Shown here: positions 18,772-28,544 of the stretch, piece by piece
Numbering within the stretch: the first letter of the stretch is position 1
Layout: each line of letters opens with the position of its first letter
NCBI GenBank assembly: GCA_964452145.1
Contig: CAYVLA010000008.1
Coordinates: forward strand, 12,360 to 76,359
Length of the DNA stretch: 64,000 bases
Origin: Candidatus Hadarchaeota archaeon
GTDB lineage: Archaea > CAYQAE01 > CAYVLA01
Direction of reading: 5' to 3'
Notes under the pieces: model-generated
The model's database searches: none
Seen by the model: the letters and a program-made list of their open reading frames with translations, nothing else
Told to the model about the DNA's origin: nothing
Program-made: the position numbers and the translations under genes

Positions 18772-19719
18772 ATGCCAAGTCTCAAACAGCTGTCAGACAG
18801 ACAGGAACGACTCTCTCCAGGCCACAGGCTCTGCGCAGGCTGCGGCGCATCCGTTGCGGTAAGACAGATACTGCTGTCCACGGAACTCCCCCTGATAGCC
18901 TCCTGTGCCACGGGCTGCCTAGAGGTCGCCACCACCATCTATCCCTTCACAGCCTGGAGGATACCCTTCATACACAACGCCTTCGAGAACTCCGCCGCCA
19001 CAATCACCGGCGTCGAGACCATGTACAGGGCGCTGAGGAAACGGGGCAAGATCCCGGCTGACCGGAGGATCAAGTTCATAGCCTTCGGGGGCGATGGAGG
19101 AACATACGATATCGGGCTTCAGGCACTCTCAGGCGCCCTGGAGAGGGGTCACGACTTCACCTATGTCTGCTACGACAACGAGGCCTACATGAACACCGGA
19201 ATCCAGCGATCAAGCGCCACCCCGATCGGAGCCCACACCACCACGAGCCCATGCGGAGAAGTGATTCCGGGCAAGAAGGAGTACAAGAAGAACCTGACCG
19301 AGATAGTCGTAGCCCACAACATCCCGTACGCGGCCCAGGCGACTCCCTCCTACTATATGGACCTGATAAACAAGGCCAACAAGGCCATCGAGACCGACGG
19401 CCCCACCTTCCTGAACGTCCTCGCGCCGTGCCCCCGGGGCTGGAGGGTCGACGCAACCAAGTTCTCGGAGCTGGGGAAGGCGGCCGTTGAGACATGCGTT
19501 TGGCCGCTTTACGAGGTTATCGAAGGCAAGTACGTCCTGAACGGAGTCACCAAGCGGATCGCCGAGGCCAAGGCCGAGAAGAGGCCCCTGACGGATTGGC
19601 TCAGCATGCAGGGCAGATTCAGACACCTTTTTAGCGAGAAAGGCAAGCCGGTGATCGAGGCTGCCCAAGCGAAGGTCGACCGGGACTGGGAGAGACTCAA
19701 GGCACTGGCTTCTCTCTGA
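18772..19719 (+). CDS. porB: Pyruvate:ferredoxin oxidoreductase beta subunit
   Basis: GHRLCAGC, TPP-binding GGDG...YDNEAYMNTG. Confidence 0.93.
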   Translation: MPSLKQLSDRQERLSPGHRLCAGCGASVAVRQILLSTELPLIASCATGCLEVATTIYPFTAWRIPFIHNAFENSAATITGVETMYRALRKRGKIPADRRIKFIAFGGDGGTYDIGLQALSGALERGHDFTYVCYDNEAYMNTGIQRSSATPIGAHTTTSPCGEVIPGKKEYKKNLTEIVVAHNIPYAAQATPSYYMDLINKANKAIETDGPTFLNVLAPCPRGWRVDATKFSELGKAAVETCVWPLYEVIEGKYVLNGVTKRIAEAKAEKRPLTDWLSMQGRFRHLFSEKGKPVIEAAQAKVDRDWERLKALASL

Positions 19720-19726
19720 AGGGTCG

Positions 19727-20038
19727 GTGGGGGCCCGGTTGGGCGGCGACTTCTACGCCAAGTTGTTGGTCATCGTGGACCTGGTTGCTCTGCTCGCAAT
19801 GAGGAGATACCTTGGCAGCCCGTATATCGTGGCGCTCTTCGCATTGCTGCTCGTCATCGTCTGGATACAGATCCATCGGATGCTCTGCCGAGGGTCTTTC
19901 GCTCCGGCCGCCTTGCTCGCCGTTCTTTCAGCCATCGGGCTCTATGTCCCGGAGCCTCACGTGAGAACGATCTCCCTTGCCGTTGTTGTGCCCTCCCTGG
20001 GGTCGGCGATCCGGCTCCTGATGTCTGCCAGCTGTTAG
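19727..20038 (+). CDS. Small membrane protein, hypothetical
   Basis: Four hydrophobic segments; directly follows porB. Confidence 0.5.
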   Translation: MGARLGGDFYAKLLVIVDLVALLAMRRYLGSPYIVALFALLLVIVWIQIHRMLCRGSFAPAALLAVLSAIGLYVPEPHVRTISLAVVVPSLGSAIRLLMSASC

Positions 20039-20082
20039 GGTGAGAGGCCGACCGAAACCAACCACAATTTATTAGCGCCAGG

Positions 20083-21147
20083 ATGGGATCCAATCTGGGA
20101 CAGGGCAAGTTGAAGGTTACCCCGATCGCCACCAACCTCATTGGCAGTTTCCCCCTTGAGAACACGCCCCAGAGCTTCGCTAGGGCTATCGATGATCAGG
20201 TTTCCGCAGGGCTGGACTACGTAAGCTGCCCCCAGCTGTCGGATATGAACCTGATGTTCCTAGAACCGCTCGTCGAGGAAGGAGCCCTACATCGCGAAGG
20301 GAGCAGTTTCACCGTGCCCCAGGACTTCGAGCCGCGATTGACAGGACCGGTGGTGAGCTGGGTCGAGGAGGCACGTGACCATCTCAGGAGGGCAACCGGC
20401 AACGTTCCTTTGAAGTCATGCGTCACCGGCCCCTTCACTCTGCTGAGCCGCTTGCAGGTCGAAGGTCTTGGACACCGACCATTTCCCGCAGGTTATGCAG
20501 ATATTATCGTGCATGACTCATGGGTGTTGGAGAGAATGGCCAAGTACGTCCGACGCATCTGCAGGAGATACTCAACCATCACCTCGATGGTCAGCGTCGA
20601 TGAACCCTTTCTCTCGGTGATCGTTGGAAGCAGGAGGAATCTCCTGGAGCTGAACATGAGCCGGGCCCAGGCCTCGGATATCGTCGAGGAGACCCTGGAG
20701 CAGTGCTTAGGCGGCATCGGGTCGCTGTCCTGCATCCATGCGTGTGGTGCCATCGGGAAACCGCTGGCCGAGATGCTGCTGGGAACAAGCGTGAACATCA
20801 TCAGCCACGAGTTCTCCGAGATGGCCCGCAACTTCGAATCGTACGCGCCAGACGACCTAGAGTCAAACGGCAAGATCCTCTCGGTTGGCGTTGTGTCCAC
20901 CAAACCGACGACCGACCAGGGAGGATCGGAGCCGGTTGAGCGCGTTGAAAAGAGGATGGAGGCCGCGATCACCAGGTACGGGGCCGATAACGTGATCTTC
21001 TCGCCTGATTGCGGTTTCCGGCCGCTGGGCGACCTTTTGGGAATGGAGAAGGGATATGCCCTGACGCTCCGCAAGATGCAGAATCTGACCCGGGCGAGAC
21101 GTAACGTCGCCATGAGGCTGGGCCTGCTGACCGCCGAGACAAGGTAG
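20083..21147 (+). CDS. Core (single-barrel) MetE-like methionine synthase family protein
   Basis: IGSFP, TGPFTL, DEP, Zn ligands HAC...E...PDCG. Confidence 0.78.
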   Translation: MGSNLGQGKLKVTPIATNLIGSFPLENTPQSFARAIDDQVSAGLDYVSCPQLSDMNLMFLEPLVEEGALHREGSSFTVPQDFEPRLTGPVVSWVEEARDHLRRATGNVPLKSCVTGPFTLLSRLQVEGLGHRPFPAGYADIIVHDSWVLERMAKYVRRICRRYSTITSMVSVDEPFLSVIVGSRRNLLELNMSRAQASDIVEETLEQCLGGIGSLSCIHACGAIGKPLAEMLLGTSVNIISHEFSEMARNFESYAPDDLESNGKILSVGVVSTKPTTDQGGSEPVERVEKRMEAAITRYGADNVIFSPDCGFRPLGDLLGMEKGYALTLRKMQNLTRARRNVAMRLGLLTAETR

Positions 21148-21156
21148 GGGATTCAA

Positions 21157-21540
21157 CTGGCGTCGGAGGGAGAGTGCGATCTGTGCGGCCAGAGGAGCTT
21201 CATGCCCTATCGCTGTCGCTACTGTGGCGGCACGTACTGCCCCGATCACCGTCTGCCGGAAAACCACCAATGCCCGGGATTGACCAACCTTAAGGATAAC
21301 CCGCGATGGAGGGACTATGCTGCACAGGTCCGCAGAAGGGATGCTACCCTTGTCCCCAGGCATGACAGATGGGACAGGGAAGAGGAGTCCGCACGCTCGC
21401 GGATCTTCGGCGGTTCTTCGAGATCCCCGTTCGGTGCCCCGGTCCGTGCATCCAGAGATATCGAATCGATCAGAAACGCCTTCGCAGGCCTACTCATGGT
21501 GCTCTTAGTCCTCGCCCTGATGATAAGGTTACTACTCTGA
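21157..21540 (+). CDS. AN1-type zinc finger protein with C-terminal TM helix
   Basis: CDLC...CRYCGGTYCPDHRLPENHQC; the first Cys pair lies upstream of ATG 21202, implying a start near CTG 21157. Confidence 0.75.
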   Translation: MASEGECDLCGQRSFMPYRCRYCGGTYCPDHRLPENHQCPGLTNLKDNPRWRDYAAQVRRRDATLVPRHDRWDREEESARSRIFGGSSRSPFGAPVRASRDIESIRNAFAGLLMVLLVLALMIRLLL

Positions 21541-21559
21541 AAGGAGTCAACGAATTCCC

Positions 21560-22366
21560 TTGAAGCTAAGGATTGCCTCCTCAATTCCGGCCCTCTCTGA
21601 GAACAGAGTGCTCTGCACCGATGCCCTTGAGACATCCTCCGACCTAAGTCTCAGCGCCGTGGAGATCAAGCTGGGACGGGACGGACTCGTATCGCAGGAC
21701 ATGAGAGGCTGGCTTGCAGATGCGCTCGGTGGCTACGGGTTCAAGCCCTACTGCCATCTCCCGTACTTACACGGAGAAGTCAACATAGCGAGCCCCGACG
21801 CCTCTCTCGGATCGGCCGCAGTTGCGATCATGCTGGAGAGCATCGAATACGCCGCCCGAATCGGGTGTGACACGGTGAACACCCATATCGGAGTTGCCCT
21901 GGGGAACGGACCCCACATCCCAAGGGCGGCAAAGAGACTGGAGAGCATGGCGGCCCAATCAACCGATTTGGGGATAACGATCTGCGTGGAGAACCAGGAA
22001 GCCAGCTGCAGAGGGATTCTGAATGGCCCAGAGGACTTCGGCACACTCATCGATCTGAGCGAAGACATCGCGTTGACCTACGACCCGGGCCATGGCAACA
22101 CGCATGGTTACGGAGTCCAAGCTTTCCTTCCGATCGTCTTGTCGAACCTTGCCTATCTACATCTCCACGATAACAGCGGCCGCAGCGACGAGCATCTGGC
22201 CCTGGGACAGGGCAACATCGATTTCGCCCTGCTCCTTGCCGGATTGGCCGGGCACCGATTCCATCCGAAGGAGCTTCCGGCGACACTGGAGCTCTCCTTG
22301 AGGGATCTCGAACCATCGCGGGAATACCTGAGAAAGGCGGCGGGAAGCGGACTGGAATTGGTGTGA
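21560..22366 (+). CDS. Sugar phosphate isomerase/epimerase (xylose isomerase-like TIM barrel)
   Basis: VEN, DPGH, HLHDN, DEHLALGQG.IDF, LE motifs. Confidence 0.85.
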   Translation: MKLRIASSIPALSENRVLCTDALETSSDLSLSAVEIKLGRDGLVSQDMRGWLADALGGYGFKPYCHLPYLHGEVNIASPDASLGSAAVAIMLESIEYAARIGCDTVNTHIGVALGNGPHIPRAAKRLESMAAQSTDLGITICVENQEASCRGILNGPEDFGTLIDLSEDIALTYDPGHGNTHGYGVQAFLPIVLSNLAYLHLHDNSGRSDEHLALGQGNIDFALLLAGLAGHRFHPKELPATLELSLRDLEPSREYLRKAAGSGLELV

Positions 22367-22375
22367 GGCGATCGG

Positions 22376-22845
22376 ATGGATGCATTGGAACGCCTCCAGG
22401 AAAGCTACCTGCAGAGGCTGGAATCGGATCTGGCATCACTCCGCAGCTCGGCGAGGAGGCATAGGGCGAACGCCGCCTGGAAAGACAGGAGAGCCGTCAT
22501 TCACTGCCATTCGCATCTGTCGCCGTGCTGAATCCGGAACGCGGACTTGGATCGAGGATCGGGGGCAGGCGTGTGGTCCTCTCGCCGGACAGCTACCAGA
22601 CCAGCTTCCGCCATGTCGGGACCCACATGCTCCTGGATGACCTAACCGCGGAAAGCCTCGCGCAGTGTCTGAAAATGGGTCGCTGCTATGTCTCCTTTGA
22701 CTGGATCATGGAGCCCGAGGGTTTCTCGTACATCTGGGAAACCTCCCGAGCCTCCGGATCCATGGGCGATCAGATCGGGTTGTCCGATAGGCCTCTCCTC
22801 TCCGCTCGCCTCCCCGTCCGGGCCACGGCTGAGCCTAGGTCATGA
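22376..22845 (+). pseudogene. Remnant of a PHP-domain hydrolase gene (internal deletion/frameshift, truncated)
   Basis: ATG 22376 frame gives ...RAVIHCHSHLSPC*; another frame continues with DSYQTSFRHVGTH...GRCYVSFDW, resembling a distal part of such proteins. Confidence 0.55.
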
Positions 22846-23467
22846 AGTCCGCCAGTATCTCGTTCTGTGTTCTCCTGTTGAGATAGATGTCGTCGATGGC
22901 TTTGCGGGCCTTCTCCCTTTGCCCCAGTTCCATGAGGTAGTCGACATACTCCTGGTCCAGCTTCGTAAGCAGATGGGCCTGCCTCTCCCTCTTTCTGTCC
23001 TCAAAGGCCTCTCTGGCGCTGTCCAGTATCTTCTTGGCGTCTTCTCTCGCACCCATCTCCTGCAGGAGATCGATGTACTCCTTGTCCAGGGGCGAAAGGA
23101 AGCTGTCCTGGGAGCTCTTCGCCCTGTCGTAGGCATCCTCCAGCAATCTCCCTGCATCGTCCTCTTCGCCCTGGTCGACCATCTTCCTGAAACGCTCGTA
23201 CTCCACCTGGGTCAGGAGGGTATCGGGCTCCCTTTTGATCTTGGAGTATGCCTCGTCGATGAGCCTCCTAGCCTCCTGGCGGTAGTCGAGCTTCATCAGG
23301 GCCTGGATGTACTCCTTGTCCATTTCGGAAAGGAACATGCTTCTGTTCTCCAGCCCGGGGGAATTCCCTTCCTTCGAATCCTTGTCCATTGGCACGTCCT
23401 CCTTGCTCTCCCTCGCCACCCTTCTGCTCACGTCCTGCATCCTGCTCTCTTTGGTGATGCCCAGCAT
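22835..23467 (-). CDS. Acidic helical protein with four ~39-aa repeats
   Basis: Repeat consensus [FL]L[ST]xxDxEYxxxLxxxGxxxxAxxxxD; start uncertain. Confidence 0.7.
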   Translation of the reverse strand: MLGITKESRMQDVSRRVARESKEDVPMDKDSKEGNSPGLENRSMFLSEMDKEYIQALMKLDYRQEARRLIDEAYSKIKREPDTLLTQVEYERFRKMVDQGEEDDAGRLLEDAYDRAKSSQDSFLSPLDKEYIDLLQEMGAREDAKKILDSAREAFEDRKRERQAHLLTKLDQEYVDYLMELGQREKARKAIDDIYLNRRTQNEILADFMT

Positions 23468-23659
23468 ATCCGTCGCCTCGGTGACCTCTGAAGAGCGATC
23501 CGCTCGCAGATATTTCACAATATCTGAGACAGACCGAACATTTTGCCATATAAATATAAATATTTCGCATCCCTCCTCTCTTTAGTTACAAAGTTTCTGA
23601 TGCCTTCCCGCAAAAAGCGGATCGAAGCCTATAAAAGGATCCCTTCGGATCACGGGCAT

Positions 23660-24568
23660 GTGGCCGGCGTCATCGGATTCGGGGCCTTGAACGTAGATAA
23701 GATAATGATGGTGGACAAGATACCGGGCCCCGATGAGGAGGGATGCGTGCTTTCGGTTCAGAGCCACCCGGGGGGCTCCGCGGCGAACACCGTCGTTGGA
23801 CTATCGAGGCTCGGCGTGAGAACGGGATACATCGGCAAGGTCGGGAACGATGCCGATGGCGGGGCCCTGCTTCGGGATCTCGAAAACGAGCGAGTTGAGA
23901 CCGCGGGGGTGAGGGCATGCGAGGGCAGAAGCGGGGTTTGTATGTCCCTGGTTGACGGAACCGGACTCCGTTCACTCCTTGTCGATCCCGGCGTGAACGA
24001 CGCCATAGCCTTGGAGGAAGTCAGCCTGGACTACGTGAGAACATTTGAGCTCATCCATATGACTTCCTTCATGTGCAGAGCGACGGATCTATCGTTTCGA
24101 ACCCAGCTGGCACTTGCCCAAGAGCTCAACGTCCCCATAACCCTAGACCCTGGACAGCTGTATGCGGAAAGAGGAACAGCACAACTGGAACCCATCATCC
24201 GAAGGTGCAGAGCCATGCTCCCAAACCGCAGAGAACTGAAGCTCATGACAGGTCTGGGTCCGAAGGGAGGAGCCCGAAAGCTGCTCGGACTCGGCGCGGA
24301 AATGGTCGTGGTCAAGATGGGCATGAGAGGATGCTATGTCACCGATGGCGATCTCGAGTGCCGCATTCCGGCCTTCGGCGGAAGGGGGATCGACACCACC
24401 GGTGCGGGTGACGCCTTCAACGCTGGCTTCATCTGGGGACTGCTCAAGGGGCTCACCCTCCCCGAGTGCGCCGCGGCAGGCGCCAAGGTCGCATGGTTCT
24501 CGGTCCAGAAGATCGGGGCCCGTGCCGGGCTGCCCTCCTTGGAGGACCTGAGCTCCCCGCACTCCTAG
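23660..24568 (+). CDS. PfkB/ribokinase family carbohydrate or nucleoside kinase
   Basis: PGGSAANT, DTTGAGDAFNAG. Confidence 0.92.
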   Translation: MAGVIGFGALNVDKIMMVDKIPGPDEEGCVLSVQSHPGGSAANTVVGLSRLGVRTGYIGKVGNDADGGALLRDLENERVETAGVRACEGRSGVCMSLVDGTGLRSLLVDPGVNDAIALEEVSLDYVRTFELIHMTSFMCRATDLSFRTQLALAQELNVPITLDPGQLYAERGTAQLEPIIRRCRAMLPNRRELKLMTGLGPKGGARKLLGLGAEMVVVKMGMRGCYVTDGDLECRIPAFGGRGIDTTGAGDAFNAGFIWGLLKGLTLPECAAAGAKVAWFSVQKIGARAGLPSLEDLSSPHS

Positions 24569-25656
24569 CCCAGAACGCCTATCCCTCTGCCCCGGACCCT
24601 CTTCCTGAAGGCCTCGCTCTCCCGAATCACCGACTGGACATCGCTCTTCTCCAGCCAAAAAACTCTCGGATGGGAGCCGCCATGCGCCGAGGCCTTCACC
24701 AGCCCGCTGCAGACTTCCGCACTGACCAGTCCCTTGGACTTCAGCTCCTCCAGGACACGGCGGTCCCATTGCCCCGAGGCATCCTCCAGTCCCTCCAAGC
24801 CTGCTTGCCGATGAATCTCGATGACGGCCGCGGTGGCCCAGCAGGATTCCGACAGCACCGCAACGTTGGAGTTCCGAATCGAATACCTGTTTCCGTTGAA
24901 GGAGAGCGCAAGGGCCCCGGATGCCCTCGCCTCCGAGAGCATGACGCAATCGGTAATGCTGTCCCCGACCACGCGTGATTGGTCCAGCGACTTGCCCTGA
25001 CGTGCCAGGGCCTCCAGCAGGGCCTCGTACTTGCGCTTTCCGCCCACGGGTTTCACACTCTCCATCAGGATGGAGAAGGAAGTGCGAGGCAACACCTCCC
25101 AGAAGAACTCGTCAAGGGCCTCCTTGGCCTCTATGCAGGAACGGGAGATATGTCCGGACTCGTCCGCATGGATCGTCGGCATCCTGGCAATCTTCCTCGT
25201 CCATTCCCTGACCATGGCTGCATCCTCGCTTCGAATCTCGATGGATAGATCGTCGACCGGAAATCGTGTGTAGAAGGCCTTCCCCTTCTCCGCGCCCAGG
25301 AGCGACAAGACGGATTCCACGTACTGCTCGTAGGAGGTCGAGATGATGTAGAACTCGTCCATCTCCTTTATGTGAGCTATCACCTCCCTGGCATCCGGAA
25401 TCAGCCGTGTATTCTCAGGGGACAGGCCCAACTCCCTCAACGATCTGTCGTTGGCCCCGTGTGCGATCAGCAGAGGCGCAATCAGCATCAGGGTATCCCC
25501 GGGCTCGTACCCGGGTGCCCGCTCCACGAAGAACCGAACGTCATCATAGGAGGAAAGAACCGTGAAGACCCGGTCTCCCTCGGGAACCATTCTGGCCACC
25601 GCGTCGAATGCGTGATCGGCCTTCACCCACGGACCTTCCAGGTCCGACTCTACCAC
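24565..25656 (-). CDS. HAD-superfamily hydrolase (EhaR-like)
   Basis: DLEGP motif I, ISTSY, VGDSITD, SFNGN. Confidence 0.75.
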   Translation of the reverse strand: MVESDLEGPWVKADHAFDAVARMVPEGDRVFTVLSSYDDVRFFVERAPGYEPGDTLMLIAPLLIAHGANDRSLRELGLSPENTRLIPDAREVIAHIKEMDEFYIISTSYEQYVESVLSLLGAEKGKAFYTRFPVDDLSIEIRSEDAAMVREWTRKIARMPTIHADESGHISRSCIEAKEALDEFFWEVLPRTSFSILMESVKPVGGKRKYEALLEALARQGKSLDQSRVVGDSITDCVMLSEARASGALALSFNGNRYSIRNSNVAVLSESCWATAAVIEIHRQAGLEGLEDASGQWDRRVLEELKSKGLVSAEVCSGLVKASAHGGSHPRVFWLEKSDVQSVIRESEAFRKRVRGRGIGVLG

Positions 25657-25660
25657 GGGC

Positions 25661-27001
25661 TCACCCGGCCCTCACGCTCCTCATGTGGGCGACCCTCCGC
25701 CCGATGAGCTCCCTGGTCCCTATGTCCCTCCTGTAGAACACGGGGCCGCCGATTCTGGATATGGCCTCCTCGGCAATCCGCTCGGCCTTCTCCATGGTGT
25801 CGGCTATCCCGGTGCAGGCCAGGGCCCTTGAGCTGCCCATGTAGATCTGTCCCCCACGCTCGTCCACGGAAGCGTAGTGAATTAGGGCCTTTGTCCCGCC
25901 CAGGTCGCCCATCTCGATCCTCTGGCCCTTGACGGGATCGGTAGGATAGCCCTTGGGAGCCAGATACTTGCAGACCGTGGCCTTCTCTCCGAAATCAGGC
26001 GAGTACGACCGAAGGCGGCCGTCCACCATGGACCAGCAGGCCTCCAGCAGGTCGCCCGTCAAGATTGGAAGAACGTTCATCGCCTCGGGATCTCCCCAGC
26101 GTGCGTTGAACTCTAGGATCTTGGGCCCCTCCGCGGTTAGCATGAACCCGCCGTACAACGCCCCGCGGTACCGCAGACCCTCCTTGCGCAGCGCCGAAAC
26201 CGTTCGCTCCATGATCTCGTAAGCCTTGTGGAAATCGGTGGCGGTCATGAAGGGTAGCAGATGGTTCCGGTCCGAAAAAGAGCCCATGCTACCAGTGAAG
26301 GGTCCCGTATCTCCTTCGTACGCGAACTTGTTGTCCTGCACAACCGGCGTGGGGATAACGGTCTTTCCATCGACAAAGGCTTGCAGGGTGAACTCCTCGC
26401 CTATCAGGAGATTCTCCACCAGGACCTTTGCAGATCCCCCGATACCCTCCTCGATAACCCTGCGGGCATAGGCCTTCGCGTCATTCAGATCCCTCAACTG
26501 GCCAGTCAGACGGGGATCCACTATCTTGACCCCCTTGCCCCCCGTAAGGCCTATTGGCTTGACCACGACCGGCTTGCCCTGGTGATCCATGAACTCGGCA
26601 GCCTGATCCGGATCATCGAAGACCTGCCAGGGGTTTCGGCCGGGCACCTTGTGCTTGTCCATCAAGGCCCTCGCAAATGACTTGTCGGTCTCGATTGCCG
26701 CAGCCTGCCTATCCGGGCTGGCACAAGAGATCCCGGCTTGCTCCAGTGCGTCGACCACCCCCGCCTCAAGCGGGGCCTCCGGACCGATTACCGCGAGATC
26801 GATGGCCATCTTCTTCGCGTAGGCCGCCACCCGGCCCGCGTCCTTGGGGTCTCCCAACTCGAAACCATCCGCTACTCCGATGATTCCAGGGTTGCGCGCA
26901 CCGATGTAGACGTACAGCCTGGGTTTCTGGGGGCTCCTTGCCAAGCACTCGGCGATTGCGTGCTCCCTGGCCCCGTTCCCGACGACCAACACGTTCTGCA
27001 T
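25661..27001 (-). CDS. purD: Phosphoribosylamine-glycine ligase
   Basis: GNGAREHA, IGPEAPL, GGKGV, LEFNARWGDPE. Confidence 0.93.
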   Translation of the reverse strand: MQNVLVVGNGAREHAIAECLARSPQKPRLYVYIGARNPGIIGVADGFELGDPKDAGRVAAYAKKMAIDLAVIGPEAPLEAGVVDALEQAGISCASPDRQAAAIETDKSFARALMDKHKVPGRNPWQVFDDPDQAAEFMDHQGKPVVVKPIGLTGGKGVKIVDPRLTGQLRDLNDAKAYARRVIEEGIGGSAKVLVENLLIGEEFTLQAFVDGKTVIPTPVVQDNKFAYEGDTGPFTGSMGSFSDRNHLLPFMTATDFHKAYEIMERTVSALRKEGLRYRGALYGGFMLTAEGPKILEFNARWGDPEAMNVLPILTGDLLEACWSMVDGRLRSYSPDFGEKATVCKYLAPKGYPTDPVKGQRIEMGDLGGTKALIHYASVDERGGQIYMGSSRALACTGIADTMEKAERIAEEAISRIGGPVFYRRDIGTRELIGRRVAHMRSVRAG

Positions 27002-27012
27002 GCCAATTCCTC

Positions 27013-28413
27013 CTACTCCAGAAGCGCTTCCTTGTGCCTGTCATCCTCGAGTTCGATGGGGTACTGCCCCGTCAGGCAGGCCATACAGAGGCGATCATCC
27101 CCGAGCCCGATTGCCCGACTGAGGCCCTCGATGCTGATGTATCCCAGGGAGTCGGCATTAAGCCTCTGCCTGATCGCCTCCACGCTGTGCTTGGAGGCCA
27201 GAAGCTCGCCCCGGGTCGCCATGTCTATTCCCATGAAGCACGGCCATTTCAGGGGCGGGCATCCGATTCTGACGTGAACCTCCCTGGCGCCTCCGCTTCT
27301 GAGGACGTCGATGATCTGCCTAGTGGTTGTGCCTCGGACTATGCTATCGTCCATGAGCACGACCCTCTTGCCCTCTACGATCGGACGGACCGCATTCATC
27401 TTCAGCCGCACTGCCTCTTCCCTCATGGACTGGTCGGGCATGATGAAGGTTCGCCCTATGTACCGGTTCTTGTAGATCCCTTCCGCAGCCGGTATCCCGG
27501 ATTCGGATGAGTACCCCATGGCGGCAGTTCGGGCCGAGTCGGGCACGGGGACCACCGCATCCGCCATCACCGGGTGCTCCCTTGCCAGAGTTCGTCCTAT
27601 CTCGTCCCGGACGTGCAGGACGTACCTGCCATCAAGGATCGAGTCGGGGCGGGAGAAGTAGACGTACTCAAACATGCAGTGGGCGGTCCTCTTCTCCTTG
27701 AAGGGTTGAACGCTCCTGAAGCCGTTCTCGTCCATGAGAACGATCTCGCCCGGTTTGATCGGTCTCTCAAACCTCCCCCCCGCCGACTCGATCCCGACCG
27801 ATTCGGATGCCACGTAGTAGGCATCCTCCGAGGTTCCATAACAGAGCGGTCGGAAGCCGAGGGGATCTCTCGCGGCCGCCACCTCTCCCTTCCCCGTGAG
27901 TATCACCAGGGAGTACGCCCCTTTGATCTTCCGCATCATGTTGATCAGGGCCTGTTCCAAGTCGTTCTTCAGGAGTTCTATGGCAAGGACATGAGCGATG
28001 ACCTCCGTATCTGTCGAGGAGGTGAAGACGTGTCCATGCTTGGAAAGCTGAGCGCGCAGCGGCCCGTAGTTGACGAGATTCCCGTTGTGGGCGATGGCTA
28101 TGCCGTTTCTGGTCCCCTTGATCACGAACGGGTGGCAGTTCTCAACCGTCGTTCCGCCCGTTGTCGAATACCGGTTGTGTCCTATGCCAGCGTGGCCGAA
28201 GAGATCCTGAAGAACGGGCTCGGTGAAAACCTCTTTCACCAAGCCCAATCCACGATGCAAGCGCAGCTTCTCCGTGTCGAAGACGCAGATGCCTGAGGCC
28301 TCCTGGCCCCGATGCTGCTGGGACAGCAGGCCATAGTATATTGACCTAGCCACCATCGTCTCGCTGTCCCTGCAATATACCGAGAAGACCGCGCATCTCT
28401 CCCTCGGAACCAA
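27013..28413 (-). CDS. purF: Amidophosphoribosyltransferase
   Basis: QHRGQE, GHNRYST, HNGNL, DDSIVRGTT, Fe-S cysteines. Confidence 0.95.
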   Translation of the reverse strand: MVPRERCAVFSVYCRDSETMVARSIYYGLLSQQHRGQEASGICVFDTEKLRLHRGLGLVKEVFTEPVLQDLFGHAGIGHNRYSTTGGTTVENCHPFVIKGTRNGIAIAHNGNLVNYGPLRAQLSKHGHVFTSSTDTEVIAHVLAIELLKNDLEQALINMMRKIKGAYSLVILTGKGEVAAARDPLGFRPLCYGTSEDAYYVASESVGIESAGGRFERPIKPGEIVLMDENGFRSVQPFKEKRTAHCMFEYVYFSRPDSILDGRYVLHVRDEIGRTLAREHPVMADAVVPVPDSARTAAMGYSSESGIPAAEGIYKNRYIGRTFIMPDQSMREEAVRLKMNAVRPIVEGKRVVLMDDSIVRGTTTRQIIDVLRSGGAREVHVRIGCPPLKWPCFMGIDMATRGELLASKHSVEAIRQRLNADSLGYISIEGLSRAIGLGDDRLCMACLTGQYPIELEDDRHKEALLE

Positions 28414-28544
28414 GTTTCCACCTGCCCCGGGATCAGAGTTCGATCCCTTTCGATGGTCTAATAAATCCTACCGGCCTCGCCTTCACCCCACCTCGGCCTC
28501 CTCCTTCCCGTAAGAGTTATTAAACTTTCAGGGAGACCACCGAC

